Source of the DNA: Terriglobia bacterium
GTDB taxonomy: Bacteria > Acidobacteriota > Terriglobia > Acidiferrales > UBA7541
Direction of reading: 5' to 3'
Length of the DNA: 64,000 nt
Assembly: GCA_963695545.1 (NCBI GenBank)
Contig: OY968796.1
Span: 3,296,001 to 3,360,000 of the forward strand
A program made the position numbers and the translations under genes. The notes beneath the pieces are model-generated. The model had not been told where the DNA came from, did not search any database, and saw only the letters and a list, made by a program, of their open reading frames with translations. How positions within the stretch are numbered: position 1 is the first letter of the stretch; each line of letters starts with the position of its first letter. Of this stretch, positions 9,541 through 20,785 are shown piece after piece.

Positions 9541-10406
9541 GAAGCCCCCAACGTGTAAGCCTCGATCGCGTGCGCCACTCCGCTTTCGTCGTTCGAGAGC
9601 GTTTCGGCCCAGCCGAGCGATTTTAGTTCCGGCACGCCATTCTCCATGACCACGGGAACGCCGGCGTAAGCCAGCATTTCGCGATCGTTCAAATTGTCGC
9701 CGATGGCCATCACCGATTCGCGCGCAATACCGCGCGCCGCAGCCCACTCCGCCAGCGTCGCTCCCTTCGAGCAACCGCTGCGAATCACGTCCACCAACCC
9801 GAAATCGCGGCCGTCGTAAAACGTCCGCGCCATGGAAAAGCGTTCCTCGGGCGGCGCGAACTGCGCCAGCGATTCGAGCCTCGATGCGACCTCGCGCATG
9901 CGCGCAACGCGTCCCGTGAACATTACCTGGATGGGGTCGCTGGTGTCGCCGTTTTTTTCCTCGAGGCAGCTTTCGAGCGGCGAGACCTCCGCCAGGTATT
10001 CGCGATTGCGCTCGAAGTAGCTGCGCCGCGCCGGGTCGTTCCAATCGATGCGCTCGTAAATCACTTGCCCTTCGCGCGGCCTGTCGAAGTGTACCGCCGT
10101 GCCGTCGCGAAATGCCGGCGTCTCCCGCAGCACGCGAAGCGCGGCCAGGCGCGGAAGCAGGTGCGAAAGCAATGTCTCGCCGGCGGTCGATTTGACGAGC
10201 GCGCCATTGTTCAGGATCAGCGTCAGCGGAGAGGGAATCTTGTTCGCGATGGGCAGCGCGAAGTTGTAGCGCCGTCCGGTCACCAGCGCCACCTCGATCC
10301 CGCGTTCGGTAGCCTGCGCGATGGCGCGCAGATTCGCGTCCGAAACTTGCCAGCGGCTGTCGAGCAGCGTCCCGTCAATATCGAGCGCGATGAGTCGAAT
10401 CGCCAT
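9537..10406 (-). CDS. Cof-type HAD-IIB phosphatase
   Basis: DIDGTLL, TGR, SKG and GDNLND motifs. Confidence 0.92.
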   Translation of the reverse strand: MAIRLIALDIDGTLLDSRWQVSDANLRAIAQATERGIEVALVTGRRYNFALPIANKIPSPLTLILNNGALVKSTAGETLLSHLLPRLAALRVLRETPAFRDGTAVHFDRPREGQVIYERIDWNDPARRSYFERNREYLAEVSPLESCLEEKNGDTSDPIQVMFTGRVARMREVASRLESLAQFAPPEERFSMARTFYDGRDFGLVDVIRSGCSKGATLAEWAAARGIARESVMAIGDNLNDREMLAYAGVPVVMENGVPELKSLGWAETLSNDESGVAHAIEAYTLGAS

Positions 10407-10529
10407 CACGTCATTTTACCTTGATATTCGTGCCGCATCGTCCGCCGATGCCAGCAATGCGGCGTGGGTGACACTCGCGCGGAGGCAACTCGTAGTTTCT
10501 GAGGTTTCGTTTCGGTTAGGAGTGGCAGA

Positions 10530-10970
10530 TCAGGACCCGGTCTTCGGTGCTGGCTTCGATCCGTTCGTCGCGAGATACGAGCAAACGTGCCTCGCTGCTG
10601 AATCCATGGTGTCGGAGCGAATTGAATAGATGGCGTCGCCCTTCGGCGAGTACATGATCAACAGATTCGTTTTCGACGTCAATTCGTTCCAGATCGCCTT
10701 CGTGTCCCACAGCAGAATATACGAAGCCTTCGACGGGTCCGAGGTGACTTCGACCGAAGAGCATTGCGAAGCCATCGCGGAGACTTCGTTCAGGTGGGCC
10801 GAATCCGGCGCGGCATTGTCGGCGCTGGTGGTGGTTCTCGTCTTGAATCCGCCGGACTTCTGCCAGTCGTTCGAATTCGAAATATAAATTTTCGTCGTCG
10901 CCGGAGTTGCCTGGGCTCGCGCCGCCACGGCGGTTAGCGCGCAAATCGCAATCAGTAGAAGTGTTCGCAT
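10530..10970 (-). CDS. Secreted hypothetical protein
   Basis: Signal peptide MRTLLLIAICALTAVAARA from ATG 10970; two Cys in the mature part. Confidence 0.6.
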   Translation of the reverse strand: MRTLLLIAICALTAVAARAQATPATTKIYISNSNDWQKSGGFKTRTTTSADNAAPDSAHLNEVSAMASQCSSVEVTSDPSKASYILLWDTKAIWNELTSKTNLLIMYSPKGDAIYSIRSDTMDSAARHVCSYLATNGSKPAPKTGS

Positions 10971-11002
10971 GCAGGCACCATGCCCCGGGTCGAGTGCGCC
11001 TG

Positions 11003-12007
11003 TCAAGGTTTTCCTCCCGCTGCCGGATTCGCGCCCGCGCTCGAGGCGTCCGCTTCCATCCAGCCGTTCGCGCGCATCCAGTTCGCAAGCAGCGTCGGCC
11101 ACTCCGCAAGCGCGGGGATCCCCGGAATATGCTGCGCGAGGCCGGTTCCATGCGGCCCATTTTCAAATATGTGCAATTCCGCCGGAACTCCGGCTTTCTG
11201 CAGCGCTTCAAAATAACGAACGCTATTGATCACCGGCACGGTTTGATCGTTCGCCGTGTGGTAGAGAAATGCCGGAGGCGTATCCGCTGTCACCTGATCC
11301 TCACTCGAGAGCATGGCCACGAGTTTCCGATCCGGATCCGGCCCCAGCAGATTTAGCCGCGACGCTGGATGCGTGATCTCCTCGTGCATGCTGATCACGC
11401 CGTAACATAGGATCGAAAAATCCGGCCGGCTACCGGCCTGCTCGATCGGGTCGGCGGAATCGGCGTGGCCCGCGTCGTAGTGCGTCGAAATGATCGACGC
11501 CAAACTTCCGCCCGCCGAAAATCCCATCACGCCGATGTGCTTCGGATCGAGTCCCAGCGCCGCCCCGTTCGCGCGCACGTAGCGCATTGCGCGCGTCACG
11601 TCGTCGAACTGCGCCGGATAGTGGTAGCGCGGCCCCAGCCGGTAATGCAGCACGAATCCCGCGACGCCGCGCGCGTTCAGCCACGCCGCCACGTCGGATC
11701 CTTCTTTGTCGAGCGAAAGGTGCATGTACGCGCCGCCCGGACAGATCACCACGCCGGTGTGCGTCGGATTCGACGCCGGCAAATAAATATCGAGAGACGG
11801 CGAATCTAGCGTGCCTCCGCCCGTAAGCGCCCCCGGCGCGCCATTCGGCCACAACAAAATCGAGCGCGCTCCAATCGCCGTCGCCGCTGGAGCCGCAGCC
11901 GCGCTCTGCGCCCGGGCCCCTGGCGCAATCAAGAGCGCCGCAAAGAGCAACAGCACAGCAACCAAGCACGCGAATGCAACCGGGACCCTCGGTACAAAGT
12001 GCATCAT
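11003..12007 (-). CDS. Exported alpha/beta hydrolase (esterase family)
   Basis: Signal peptide, PGGAY oxyanion motif, GFSAGG nucleophile elbow, D..V and HG catalytic residues. Confidence 0.88.
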   Translation of the reverse strand: MMHFVPRVPVAFACLVAVLLLFAALLIAPGARAQSAAAAPAATAIGARSILLWPNGAPGALTGGGTLDSPSLDIYLPASNPTHTGVVICPGGAYMHLSLDKEGSDVAAWLNARGVAGFVLHYRLGPRYHYPAQFDDVTRAMRYVRANGAALGLDPKHIGVMGFSAGGSLASIISTHYDAGHADSADPIEQAGSRPDFSILCYGVISMHEEITHPASRLNLLGPDPDRKLVAMLSSEDQVTADTPPAFLYHTANDQTVPVINSVRYFEALQKAGVPAELHIFENGPHGTGLAQHIPGIPALAEWPTLLANWMRANGWMEADASSAGANPAAGGKP

Positions 12008-12048
12008 GGTCGGGAAACCTCCGCGAGAACCGCGCGATGCGAAACGTT

Positions 12049-12124
12049 TGGTGGACGACGGGGGATTCGAACCCCCGACCTCCTCGTTGCGAACGAGGCG
12101 CTCTCCCAGCTGAGCTAGTCGCCC
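12049..12124 (-). tRNA. tRNA-Ala (anticodon CGC), CCA encoded
   Basis: Reverse complement GGGCGACTAGCTCAGCTGGGAGAGCGCCTCGTTCGCAACGAGGAGGTCGGGGGTTCGAATCCCCCGTCGTCCACCA; cloverleaf, TTCGA T-loop, G3:U70 Ala identity pair. Confidence 0.97.
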
Positions 12125-12300
12125 ACCGTCGGACTGCGCACAACAGGATAACCGGACAACCGGCCATCAAGAATAGCAAACCGAGTTCCTATTTCCTATC
12201 CGCGCTGCCCGCGCTTGAACCGCGCTCGGCGCCGCGCGAGCCCGTGCTAGAATAACCGCGACTCACAATTTGCATTTCAGCCACCATGGGAGGCGGCGCG

Positions 12301-13317
12301 ATGAAGATTACTGCGGGGAAGCAGAAGGGATTGAAGGCGGTGTCGAACGAGCGCGGCGTGATCGCCGCGGCCGCCATGGATCAGCGCGGTTCGTTGCGCA
12401 GCGCCATCGCCAGCGGCAAGGGCATCGACAAAAAAGCCGTAACCGACGCGATGATGATCGAGTTCAAAGAAGCCGTCACGCGCGTCTTGACGCCGCACGC
12501 CAGCGCGATCCTGCTCGATCCCGAATTCGGCCTGAGCGCCGCCAAGCTGCGCGCGAAAAACGCCGGCCTTTTGCTGGCCTACGAGAACAGCGGCTACGAC
12601 AACACCAAGCCCGGTCGCCTGCCCGACCTGCTGGATCATTATTCCGTGCGCCGCATCGTGGCCGATGGCGCCGACTGCGTCAAAATTCTGCTCTACTACA
12701 CGCCATTCGATCCGCCGGACATCAACGACATCAAGCACGCCTGGATCGAGCGCATCGGCGCCGAATGCATCGCTGCCGACGTGCCGTTCTTCCTCGAATT
12801 CGTGGGCTACGAAGAGGGCAAGGATGAAAAAAGTCTGGCCTTCGCCAAGGACAAGCCGGAAGTTGTTACCCGCAGCATGGAAGAATTCTCGAAGCCGCAA
12901 TATGCGGTCGATATTCTCAAAGTCGAAGTTCCGGTGAACATGGCGTACGTCGCCGGCGCGCGCGAAGCGAAAGGCGAGACGGCCTACACGCGCGATCAAG
13001 CCAAGGATTATTTCCGCAAAGCCGCGGCCGTCGCCAAGAAACCCTTCATCTATCTCTCCGCCGGCGTCAGCAACGAAACTTTCAACGACACGCTCGAGCT
13101 CGCCGCCGAATCCGGCGTGAATTTCTCCGGCGTGCTTTGCGGCCGCGCCACTTGGAAAGACGGGATTCCGGTCTACGCAAAATCCGGCGTCAAGGCGCTT
13201 GAAGATTGGCTCTCCGACACCGGCGTGAAGAACATCGAGAACGTGAACGCGCGCCTGGTCGCGGCCAAGCCGTGGTTCGCATTTTACGGCGCGTCGTCCG
13301 CGGCCGCGCTCGCGTAA
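12301..13317 (+). CDS. lacD: Tagatose-1,6-bisphosphate aldolase (class I, LacD family)
   Basis: AAMDQRGSL, SAILLDPEFG, KILLYY, DILKVEVPVN, LSAGV and GVLCGRATW motifs. Confidence 0.9.
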   Translation: MKITAGKQKGLKAVSNERGVIAAAAMDQRGSLRSAIASGKGIDKKAVTDAMMIEFKEAVTRVLTPHASAILLDPEFGLSAAKLRAKNAGLLLAYENSGYDNTKPGRLPDLLDHYSVRRIVADGADCVKILLYYTPFDPPDINDIKHAWIERIGAECIAADVPFFLEFVGYEEGKDEKSLAFAKDKPEVVTRSMEEFSKPQYAVDILKVEVPVNMAYVAGAREAKGETAYTRDQAKDYFRKAAAVAKKPFIYLSAGVSNETFNDTLELAAESGVNFSGVLCGRATWKDGIPVYAKSGVKALEDWLSDTGVKNIENVNARLVAAKPWFAFYGASSAAALA

Positions 13318-13337
13318 CAGCCGCGCCGACTTTTCGC

Positions 13338-13781
13338 ATGAGCGCTCCCGCACGATCCACGCACGGCACGCGCACCGAGAAGCTCGCGATCAAGACTTCC
13401 CGGCGCACCGAGTTGCGCAAGATCACGCGTGAGGTGGCCGAAATCGTCGCGCGCCATGGTCCGATCGACGGCGTGTGCCATGTCTACGTTCCGCACACCA
13501 CCGCCGGCATCACGATCAACGAAGGCGCCGACCCGGACGTCGCGCACGATATCGAATCGACATTCGATCGCATGGTGCCGCGCGAAGCAGCGGGCTACCG
13601 GCACGCGGAAGGGAATTCAGATTCGCACGTAAAGACTGCGATGGTCGGCACGTCGCAGACCGTGCTCATCGAAAACGGCCGCCTGGTGCTGGGCCGCTGG
13701 CAGGCAATTTTTCTGTGCGAATTTGACGGCCCGCGCACGCGCGAAGTCCTCGTGCGCGTGGTGCCTGTCGCTCCGGCCTGA
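13338..13781 (+). CDS. yjbQ: YjbQ/UPF0047 family protein
   Basis: PHTTAGITINE, HAEGNSDSH and LGRWQAIFLCEFDGPR motifs. Confidence 0.9.
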   Translation: MSAPARSTHGTRTEKLAIKTSRRTELRKITREVAEIVARHGPIDGVCHVYVPHTTAGITINEGADPDVAHDIESTFDRMVPREAAGYRHAEGNSDSHVKTAMVGTSQTVLIENGRLVLGRWQAIFLCEFDGPRTREVLVRVVPVAPA

Positions 13782-13807
13782 GCCGCGAGCAATTCGAGAG
13801 AATCCCA

Positions 13808-14977
13808 ATGCCACACGGCCTCTACATCCAGGTTCCGTTTTGCCAAACGAAATGCACGTATTGCAATTTCCACACCGGCGTATTTTCCGCCGGTCTGCAA
13901 TCGCCTTATATCAGCGCCGTCTGCCGCGAAATGAAAATGTTTCGCAAGTGGTCCGAACGTGCCGGCCTCGGATGTTTTCCAAACGCTGAAGCGCCGCTTT
14001 CAATCGACACCGTGTACGTCGGCGGCGGCACGCCGAGTATGCTGGACCCCGCGGATCTCGCGCGCCTGCTCGATACCGCGCGCGAGTCTTTTCCGTGCGA
14101 TTGGACCGAAGTCACGCTCGAAGCCGATCCCGAAACCATCACTCCCGAGCGTGCCGCCGCCTGGCGCGCCGCCGGCTTTAATCGCATCAGTCTCGGCGCG
14201 CAATCGTTCGATGATCGCGAATTGGCCGCAGCCGGCCGGCTGCATCGCCGCGTCGACCTCTACGCCGCCGACCGCACCTTGCGCGACGCGGGCTTCGCGA
14301 ACATTAGCTTCGATCTGATCGCCGGCCTCGCGCACCAAACTCGCGCCAGTTGGTCCGATTCCTTGCAGCGCCTGATCGATCTGCACCCCGAGCACATTTC
14401 GATCTACATGCTGGAAATCGACGAAGCCAGCCGCCTGGGCGCCGAATCTCTGGCCGGCGGCGCGCGCTACGGCGCCGGCGCATTGCCCAGCGATGACGAC
14501 GTCGCCGATTTCTATGAATCTGCGCGCTCCGTCCTCGCCGCCGCCCGATACGAGCAGTACGAAATCTCGAGTTGGGCGCGCCCCGGTTTCCGTTCGCGCC
14601 ACAATTTGAAATATTGGCAGCGCCAACCGTATTTCGGTTTCGGCGCCGGCGCACATTCCTTCGATGGTCGCGAGCGTTGGGCCAAAGTGCACGATCCCGC
14701 CGCCTACACCGCCGCGATCGAGCAAGGCCTGTGGCCGATCGAGCAGCGCCAGCACGTCTCTCCCGCGCAAGCTCTCGAGGAAGAATTGTTCCTCGGCCTG
14801 CGGCAACTCGATGGCATCGACGTCGCAGCAATCGAAGCGCACTACGGCCGCGATTTGCACGCGCGCCTCGTGCCACTTCTCGACCAGGGTCTCATCGAAC
14901 TCAACGGATCAACGTTGCGCCTCGCGCCCGCGCGCCTCGCCGTCTCAAACGAAGTTTTCGTCAGCCTGCTCGACTGA
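13808..14977 (+). CDS. hemW: Radical SAM heme chaperone HemW
   Basis: CxxxCxxC (CQTKCTYC), GGGTPS, YEISSW and HNxxYW motifs. Confidence 0.88.
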   Translation: MPHGLYIQVPFCQTKCTYCNFHTGVFSAGLQSPYISAVCREMKMFRKWSERAGLGCFPNAEAPLSIDTVYVGGGTPSMLDPADLARLLDTARESFPCDWTEVTLEADPETITPERAAAWRAAGFNRISLGAQSFDDRELAAAGRLHRRVDLYAADRTLRDAGFANISFDLIAGLAHQTRASWSDSLQRLIDLHPEHISIYMLEIDEASRLGAESLAGGARYGAGALPSDDDVADFYESARSVLAAARYEQYEISSWARPGFRSRHNLKYWQRQPYFGFGAGAHSFDGRERWAKVHDPAAYTAAIEQGLWPIEQRQHVSPAQALEEELFLGLRQLDGIDVAAIEAHYGRDLHARLVPLLDQGLIELNGSTLRLAPARLAVSNEVFVSLLD

Positions 14978-14997
14978 GGCTGGAAAGAAGAAGAGCG

Positions 14998-16092
14998 ATG
15001 AATCCCACGTCAGCGACTTCAACGCGAGCCGAATCCGAACACGCGCAACGCACGCAAAGCGTCGTCGACTTGCGCAGCGACACGGTCACGCGCCCCACGC
15101 CCGAGATGCGCCGTGCCATGGCCGAAGCCGAAGTCGGCGACGACGTCTACGCCGAAGATCCCGCGGTCAATCGCCTGCAAGCGCGCGCCGCCGAAATCTT
15201 CGGACGCGAAGCCGCGATCTTCGTGCCCTCCGGCTCGATGGGCAATCTCGTCGCGGTGCTGTGCCACACGCGCCCCGGCAGCGAAGTGATTTGCGAAGAG
15301 CGCGGCCACGTCTGCCAATTCGAGATGGCCTCGATGTCCGCCATCGCCGGCTGCATGCCTCGCACGACGTTCGTCGACGACGGCATTCTTTCCTGGGAGC
15401 GCATCGAGCCGCTGATTCGTCCGAAAATTTACTACCGTGCGCAAACCGCCCTGATCGCGCTCGAAAATAGTCACAACATGGCCGGAGGCACGGTGTATCC
15501 GCCGCACGTCTCCGACGAAATCTGCGATCGCGCGCACGCTGCCGGCATCCCCGTGCATCTCGACGGCGCGCGCATCTTCAACGCCTCGGTGGCGCTCGGT
15601 CGTCCGGTCGCCGAGCTCACGCGCAAATTCGATTCCGTGATGTTTTGCCTGTCGAAAGGCCTGGGGGCTCCCGTCGGCTCGATGCTTCTCGGTTCGCGCG
15701 AGTTCATCGAAGCCGCGCGCATTAAGCGCAAACTTCTCGGTGGCGGAATGCGTCAGGCCGGAGTGCTCGCCGCGGCGGGACTTGTGGCGCTGGAAAAATC
15801 CCCAGCGCGCCTGCATGAAGATCACGAAAACGCTCAATTCCTGGCGCTACGTCTAAGCGAATTGCCCGGCGTGCGCGTCGATCTGAAAAAAGTCCAAACC
15901 AACATCGTGTTCTTCGACGTGAAGGCCACCGGCCGGACCGCCGCGGCAATCTGTGCCGACCTGGCAAAGCGCGAAGTCCTGTGCGGCGCGATCGACGCCC
16001 ACTCGATCCGCATGCTCACGCATTGCGACGTCAACCGCGCCGGCATCGAGCGCGCCATCGCCGAGCTGCGCACAGTCCTCGCCGCCGCGTGA
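14998..16092 (+). CDS. ltaE: Low-specificity L-threonine aldolase
   Basis: [32 protein letters not shown] (PLP Lys), GGGMRQAG. Confidence 0.92.
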   Translation: MNPTSATSTRAESEHAQRTQSVVDLRSDTVTRPTPEMRRAMAEAEVGDDVYAEDPAVNRLQARAAEIFGREAAIFVPSGSMGNLVAVLCHTRPGSEVICEERGHVCQFEMASMSAIAGCMPRTTFVDDGILSWERIEPLIRPKIYYRAQTALIALENSHNMAGGTVYPPHVSDEICDRAHAAGIPVHLDGARIFNASVALGRPVAELTRKFDSVMFCLSKGLGAPVGSMLLGSREFIEAARIKRKLLGGGMRQAGVLAAAGLVALEKSPARLHEDHENAQFLALRLSELPGVRVDLKKVQTNIVFFDVKATGRTAAAICADLAKREVLCGAIDAHSIRMLTHCDVNRAGIERAIAELRTVLAAA

Positions 16093-16214
16093 CGCCGCGA
16101 ACACGCGGCCCCGGTTTTGCCCGCGCCGCCCGACCGAGACGCTGTACTATGTGGCGAGCAATTGCAGGCGAGCGCCGTCGCTCAACTTTCTCGCCGCACG
16201 CCCGCGGGGTGCGA

Positions 16215-17366
16215 GTGGATTTCTCTTTTACCGAAGAACAGCAACAACTGCGCCGCAGCGTTCGCGAATTCGCGGCGTCAGAAATCGCGCCCCACGTGAT
16301 GGAGTGGGACGAAGCCTCGCGTTTTCCCGCCGAGCTCGTTCCCAAACTCGCCGAAATGGGCCTGCTCGGCGTGATTTTCCCCGAAGCCTACGGCGGCGCC
16401 GGTCTCGGCTACACCGAATACGTGATCGCCATCGAGGAACTCGCGCGCGTCGATGGCTCGATCGGACTGATCGTCGCCGCGCACAATTCGCTCTGCACCA
16501 ATCACATCTTCAAATTCGGCACCGAAGCGCAGAAACAAAAATACGTCGTGCCGCTCGCCCAAGGTCGCACGCTCGGTTGCTGGTCGCTCACCGAACCCGA
16601 AGCCGGCTCCGACGCCGGCGGCACGCGCACCGTCGCCGTCCGTGACGGAGACGCGTGGATTCTCGACGGCGCGAAAACTTTCACCACAAACGGCCACTAC
16701 GCGGGCGTGTGCGTAGCCATGGCCGTAACCGACACCTCGAAAGGCGCGCACGGCATCTCCGCCTTCATCGTCGAGAAAGACACGCCCGGTTTCCGCCCCG
16801 GCAAAAAAGAAAATAAACTCGGCATGCGTGCCAGCGACACCTCCGAAGTCGTCTTCAGCGATTGCCGCATTCCCGCCGCGCAACTCCTCGGTGCTGAAGG
16901 CGAAGGTTTCAAAAATAGTTTGCAAGTTCTCGACGGCGGACGAATTTCAATCGCCGCGCTCGCGCTGGGCATGGCGCAAGGAGCATTCGAGGCCGCCACG
17001 CGTTACGCGCGCGAGCGAAAACAGTTCGGCAAAGCGATTGCCGAATTTCAGGCCATTCAATTCAAGCTCGCCGACATGGCCACCGAGATCGAAGCCGCGC
17101 GCATGCTCGTTTATCAAGCCGCCTCGCTCGCCGATCGCGGCGGCGCGCGCTTCACGCGCGAATCGAGCATGGCGAAACTTTATGCCAGCGAAGTCGCCGT
17201 CCGCGTCGCGAACGAATGCGTGCAGATTCACGGTGGCTACGGATTCATTAAAGACTATCCGGCGGAGAAGTTTTATCGCGACGTCAAACTCTGCACCATC
17301 GGCGAAGGTACCAGCGAAATTCAGCGCCTGGTGATCGCTCGCCAACTCTTGGGCGGCAGCCATTAG
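16215..17366 (+). CDS. Acyl-CoA dehydrogenase (short/branched chain)
   Basis: [24 protein letters not shown] and [10 protein letters not shown] motifs; GTG start at 16215. Confidence 0.93.
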   Translation: MDFSFTEEQQQLRRSVREFAASEIAPHVMEWDEASRFPAELVPKLAEMGLLGVIFPEAYGGAGLGYTEYVIAIEELARVDGSIGLIVAAHNSLCTNHIFKFGTEAQKQKYVVPLAQGRTLGCWSLTEPEAGSDAGGTRTVAVRDGDAWILDGAKTFTTNGHYAGVCVAMAVTDTSKGAHGISAFIVEKDTPGFRPGKKENKLGMRASDTSEVVFSDCRIPAAQLLGAEGEGFKNSLQVLDGGRISIAALALGMAQGAFEAATRYARERKQFGKAIAEFQAIQFKLADMATEIEAARMLVYQAASLADRGGARFTRESSMAKLYASEVAVRVANECVQIHGGYGFIKDYPAEKFYRDVKLCTIGEGTSEIQRLVIARQLLGGSH

Positions 17367-18330
17367 CGGAGCGCCCACGCCCGTCGACGCCGAAGCCTGG
17401 GCCGCGCGAATTCGCGCCGGCGACGTGCGCGCCCTTTCGCGCGCCATCACCGCAATCGAAAATCGCGATCCGGCCGCGCGCGATCTGCTCGCTCGTCTTT
17501 TTCCGTCCACCGGCGCGGCGTATTTGATCGGCTGCACCGGCGCCCCTGGCACGGGGAAAAGCACTCTGGTCGATCGCCTTGCGACGCATTATCGTAAAGC
17601 GGGCGAAACCGTCGGCGTGATCGCCGTCGATCCGACCAGCCCATTCACCGGCGGCGCGATTCTCGGAGATCGCATTCGCATGCAAGGCCACGCCGGCGAT
17701 TCCGGAATTTTCATTCGTTCCATGGCCACACGCGGCCGTCTCGGTGGTTTGTCCGCCGCCACGGCCGATGCCGCGCTGCTTCTCGACGCGGCCGGCAAGC
17801 GCATCGTGCTCATTGAAACCGTCGGCGTCGGCCAGGATGAAGTAGACGTCGTTCGCCTTGCCGATTGCACCATCGTGCTTCTCGTCCCCGGCCTCGGCGA
17901 CGATGTGCAGAGTATGAAAGCCGGCCTCATGGAGGTCGCCGATATTTTCGTCGTGAACAAATCCGATTACGATGGTGCTGACCGCCTCGAGCAGCAAATC
18001 TCAGCGATGCTCGATCTTGCGCCCGATCCGAGCGCTTGGCGCCCGCCGATTGTGCACACCGTCGCGAGCGAAGGCCGCGGCGTAGAAGAGTTGGCCGAGG
18101 CCATCGCGCGTTTCCGCGCGCACACCGAAAAAAGCGCCGCGCGCGAATCTAGAAAAATCGAACACTGGAAACGTCGCCTCGTCGCCATGCTCGAATCGGA
18201 AATTAGCGAGCGTGTGCTCGAAACATCTCAGGGCGCGCAACAACTGGAATCGCTGGCACGCGAAGTAGCCGAGCGCCGCAAAGAGCCGTACACTGCGGTG
18301 CGCGAGCTCGCGACTCGCGCGGGACTCTAA
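17362..18330 (+). CDS. meaB: MeaB/ArgK GTPase (methylmalonyl-CoA mutase chaperone)
   Basis: [38 protein letters not shown] and NKSD motifs; start uncertain (ATT 17362 or GTG 17425). Confidence 0.9.
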   Translation: MSGAPTPVDAEAWAARIRAGDVRALSRAITAIENRDPAARDLLARLFPSTGAAYLIGCTGAPGTGKSTLVDRLATHYRKAGETVGVIAVDPTSPFTGGAILGDRIRMQGHAGDSGIFIRSMATRGRLGGLSAATADAALLLDAAGKRIVLIETVGVGQDEVDVVRLADCTIVLLVPGLGDDVQSMKAGLMEVADIFVVNKSDYDGADRLEQQISAMLDLAPDPSAWRPPIVHTVASEGRGVEELAEAIARFRAHTEKSAARESRKIEHWKRRLVAMLESEISERVLETSQGAQQLESLAREVAERRKEPYTAVRELATRAGL

Positions 18331-18376
18331 CGGTGGCACAGAAATTGGTGCGCCGGATCTCTTGGAGAGCAGCCGA

Positions 18377-19216
18377 ATGCATTTGGGCGACCTCGAATTT
18401 CAAATCCTGACCGATGGCACATTCGGTCTCGACGGCGGCGCGATGTTCGGCGTCATCCCCAAGCCGCTTTGGGAAAAAGTTGCCCCCGCCGACGCGCGCA
18501 ACCGAATCCGCCTGGCCATGAATTGCCTCTTGATTCGCGCCGCGGGGAAATTGATTCTTGTCGAGACCGGCGCAGGCGACAAATGGAGTGTGAAGGAATG
18601 GGACATCTATAATTTCGAGACGTTGCGCCGCTTGCCCGATGCGCTCACCGCGGCCGGCGTGCGCCCGGTGGACATCGATTACGTCGTGAACACCCATCTG
18701 CATTTCGATCATTGCGGCTGGAACACGCGGCGCCAGGGCGATCGCGTTGTGCCGACATTTCCCAACGCGCGCTACGTCGTTCAGCGCGGCGCGTACGAGC
18801 ACGCCAAGGCGCCCACCGAGCGCGACCGCGCCAGTTTCCGCGCCGAAAATTTCGATCCGATCGAAGCCGCGGGGCAATGGCAATTCGTCGAAGGCGATAC
18901 GGAACTAGTTCCCGGTGTCGAACTGATTCGCGTGCAAGGCCACACTCCCGAGATGCAATGCGTGCGTCTCTCCGGCGGCGGTCGCTCTGCGTTTTTCTTC
19001 GCCGACCTTGTGCCCACCACGGTGCACTTGCCGCTTGCGTGGATCATGGGCTACGATCTTTTTCCGCTCAGCACTCTTGAATACAAAAAGCAGTGGATTC
19101 CGAAAGTGGCGCGCGAAGAAACGCTTGCTCTCTTCGCCCACGACGCCTCGACGCCCGCCGCGTGGTTGCGCGAAGACGGCGATCGCGTCCGCGCCGAGCC
19201 GGCCGAGATCGATTGA
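18377..19216 (+). CDS. Metallo-beta-lactamase-fold hydrolase (YtnP-like)
   Basis: LDGGAMFGVIPK, THLHFDH, GHT, ADL and HD motifs. Confidence 0.9.
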   Translation: MHLGDLEFQILTDGTFGLDGGAMFGVIPKPLWEKVAPADARNRIRLAMNCLLIRAAGKLILVETGAGDKWSVKEWDIYNFETLRRLPDALTAAGVRPVDIDYVVNTHLHFDHCGWNTRRQGDRVVPTFPNARYVVQRGAYEHAKAPTERDRASFRAENFDPIEAAGQWQFVEGDTELVPGVELIRVQGHTPEMQCVRLSGGGRSAFFFADLVPTTVHLPLAWIMGYDLFPLSTLEYKKQWIPKVAREETLALFAHDASTPAAWLREDGDRVRAEPAEID

Positions 19217-19261
19217 AATCGAAGATGGATGTTCGCCGAAAGTAATTTGGGAGAATCGAAA

Positions 19262-19801
19262 ATGCAAACGCCGATAAGAAAGAGCATGCCACTCACGACG
19301 ACGACCACGACGAGAACAAAGCTGCTACTGGCGCTCGCTTTCGGAGCGATGGTCTGGGTCGTCGCAAACATTGCGCCGGCCCTGCGCGCCGACGCCGCAT
19401 CCGATGAAGTCCTTCACGCCGAGCAGGCGCGCACTGCGGCGCTGATCAGCGGAGATTTCGCCACGCTCGACAAATTGATGGCCGATGACGACACCTACGT
19501 TCACGCCAGCGGACAGAGCGATACAAAGCAAACCTATCTCGCCGCGCTCCATTCCGGGGTGCTCAGCTATCAACTTTGGCAGCCGCAGGAAATTCACGTG
19601 CGCATGTTGGGCGACGACGTCGCCGTGCTCAACGGAATTTACACCGTGCATGCGATGGATCACCGCGTGTCGAACGATCCGATTATCGTCGATCTTCATT
19701 TTCTGAGCGTGTACGCGCGCCGCGACGGCCGCTGGCAACAGGTCGCCTGGCAAACCACGCATCTTCCTGCGCCGGCCGCCGCGCCCGCCGCTTCAAAATG
19801 A
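19262..19801 (+). CDS. Exported NTF2-like/DUF4440 protein
   Basis: Signal/TM segment, 'YVHASG', 'VYARRDGRWQ' SnoaL-like C-terminus. Confidence 0.75.
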   Translation: MQTPIRKSMPLTTTTTTRTKLLLALAFGAMVWVVANIAPALRADAASDEVLHAEQARTAALISGDFATLDKLMADDDTYVHASGQSDTKQTYLAALHSGVLSYQLWQPQEIHVRMLGDDVAVLNGIYTVHAMDHRVSNDPIIVDLHFLSVYARRDGRWQQVAWQTTHLPAPAAAPAASK

Positions 19802-19818
19802 CGGAGGTTCACTGACGC

Positions 19819-20745
19819 ATGCCCAAGCGCAAGTTGAAGACATCCGGCGCTAAAGCGGCGCCCGCAAAATCTGTCCGCGGCGCCACGCCCGCCCCGATCG
19901 GCATCATCGGCGGCAGTGGCCTTTACAATATTCCCGGTCTCGAAGATGCGCGCGAGCGTCGCGTGCGCACGCCATTCGGAGATCCGTCGGACGCGCTCGT
20001 CGTCGGCCGCCTCGAAGGCAAGCCCGTCGCGTTTCTCGCGCGGCACGGACGCGGCCATCGTTTCACGCCGTCGGAAATCAATTACCGCGCCAACATCTAC
20101 GCGATGAAACTCCTCGGAGTCGAGCGCCTGGTGTCCGTCAGCGCGGTCGGCTCGTTGCGCGAGGATTTGCGGCCGCTCGAATTTCTCGTTCCCGACCAGT
20201 TCTTCGATCGCACGCGGTTGCGCATCGCGACTTTTTTCGGACAGGGAATCGTCGCTCACGTCGCGTTCGATAAGCCGACGTGCCCCGAGGTTTCGGCCGT
20301 GGTGATCGAAGCGGGCGCCGAATCCGGCGTCACCATGCATCGCGGCGGCACCTACATCTGCATGGAGGGTCCGCAGTTCTCCACGCTCGCGGAAGCCCAC
20401 GTGAACCGTCAGTTGCGCTTTGACGTCGTCGGCATGACCAACCTCACCGAAGCCAAGCTCGCGCGCGAAGCCGAGCTGTGCTACTCGACGATGGCCATGA
20501 TCACCGACTACGATTGTTGGCATCCGGAACACGACTCCGTCACGATTACCGACATCATCTCCAACCTCACGAAAAACGCCGAAGCGGCGCAACGCATCCT
20601 GCGCGCGGTGGTTCGTTCGATGCCGGCGATGCGCGCCTGCCGTTGCGGCCAGGCGCTGAAGCACGCTATCGTCACCGATCCAAAGCTCGTTCCACCGGCA
20701 GCGCGAAAGCGTCTTGCCGCCATCGTCGGAAAATATCTGGGCTGA
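19819..20745 (+). CDS. mtnP: S-methyl-5'-thioadenosine phosphorylase
   Basis: GIIGGSG, RHGRGH, NYRANI, EGPQFST, GMT and TDYDCW motifs. Confidence 0.93.
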   Translation: MPKRKLKTSGAKAAPAKSVRGATPAPIGIIGGSGLYNIPGLEDARERRVRTPFGDPSDALVVGRLEGKPVAFLARHGRGHRFTPSEINYRANIYAMKLLGVERLVSVSAVGSLREDLRPLEFLVPDQFFDRTRLRIATFFGQGIVAHVAFDKPTCPEVSAVVIEAGAESGVTMHRGGTYICMEGPQFSTLAEAHVNRQLRFDVVGMTNLTEAKLAREAELCYSTMAMITDYDCWHPEHDSVTITDIISNLTKNAEAAQRILRAVVRSMPAMRACRCGQALKHAIVTDPKLVPPAARKRLAAIVGKYLG

Positions 20746-20785
20746 CGATTCACTGCAGCCGCTTGCACCAAGGAGGATTTCCCTC

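Noticed and set aside
8911..10044. 377-aa transglycosylase as listed in the ORF track, and similar long N-terminal extensions (ltaE, lpxD, ctaB, the dehydrogenase)
   Set aside because: The extensions overlap neighbouring genes or promoters; true starts lie downstream
12049..12124. tRNA-Ala as a genomic island integration site
   Set aside because: No adjacent integrase and no duplicated tRNA 3' end noticed in the window
13808..14977. Coproporphyrinogen III dehydrogenase HemN
   Set aside because: Short N-terminus and the HNxxYW motif indicate HemW
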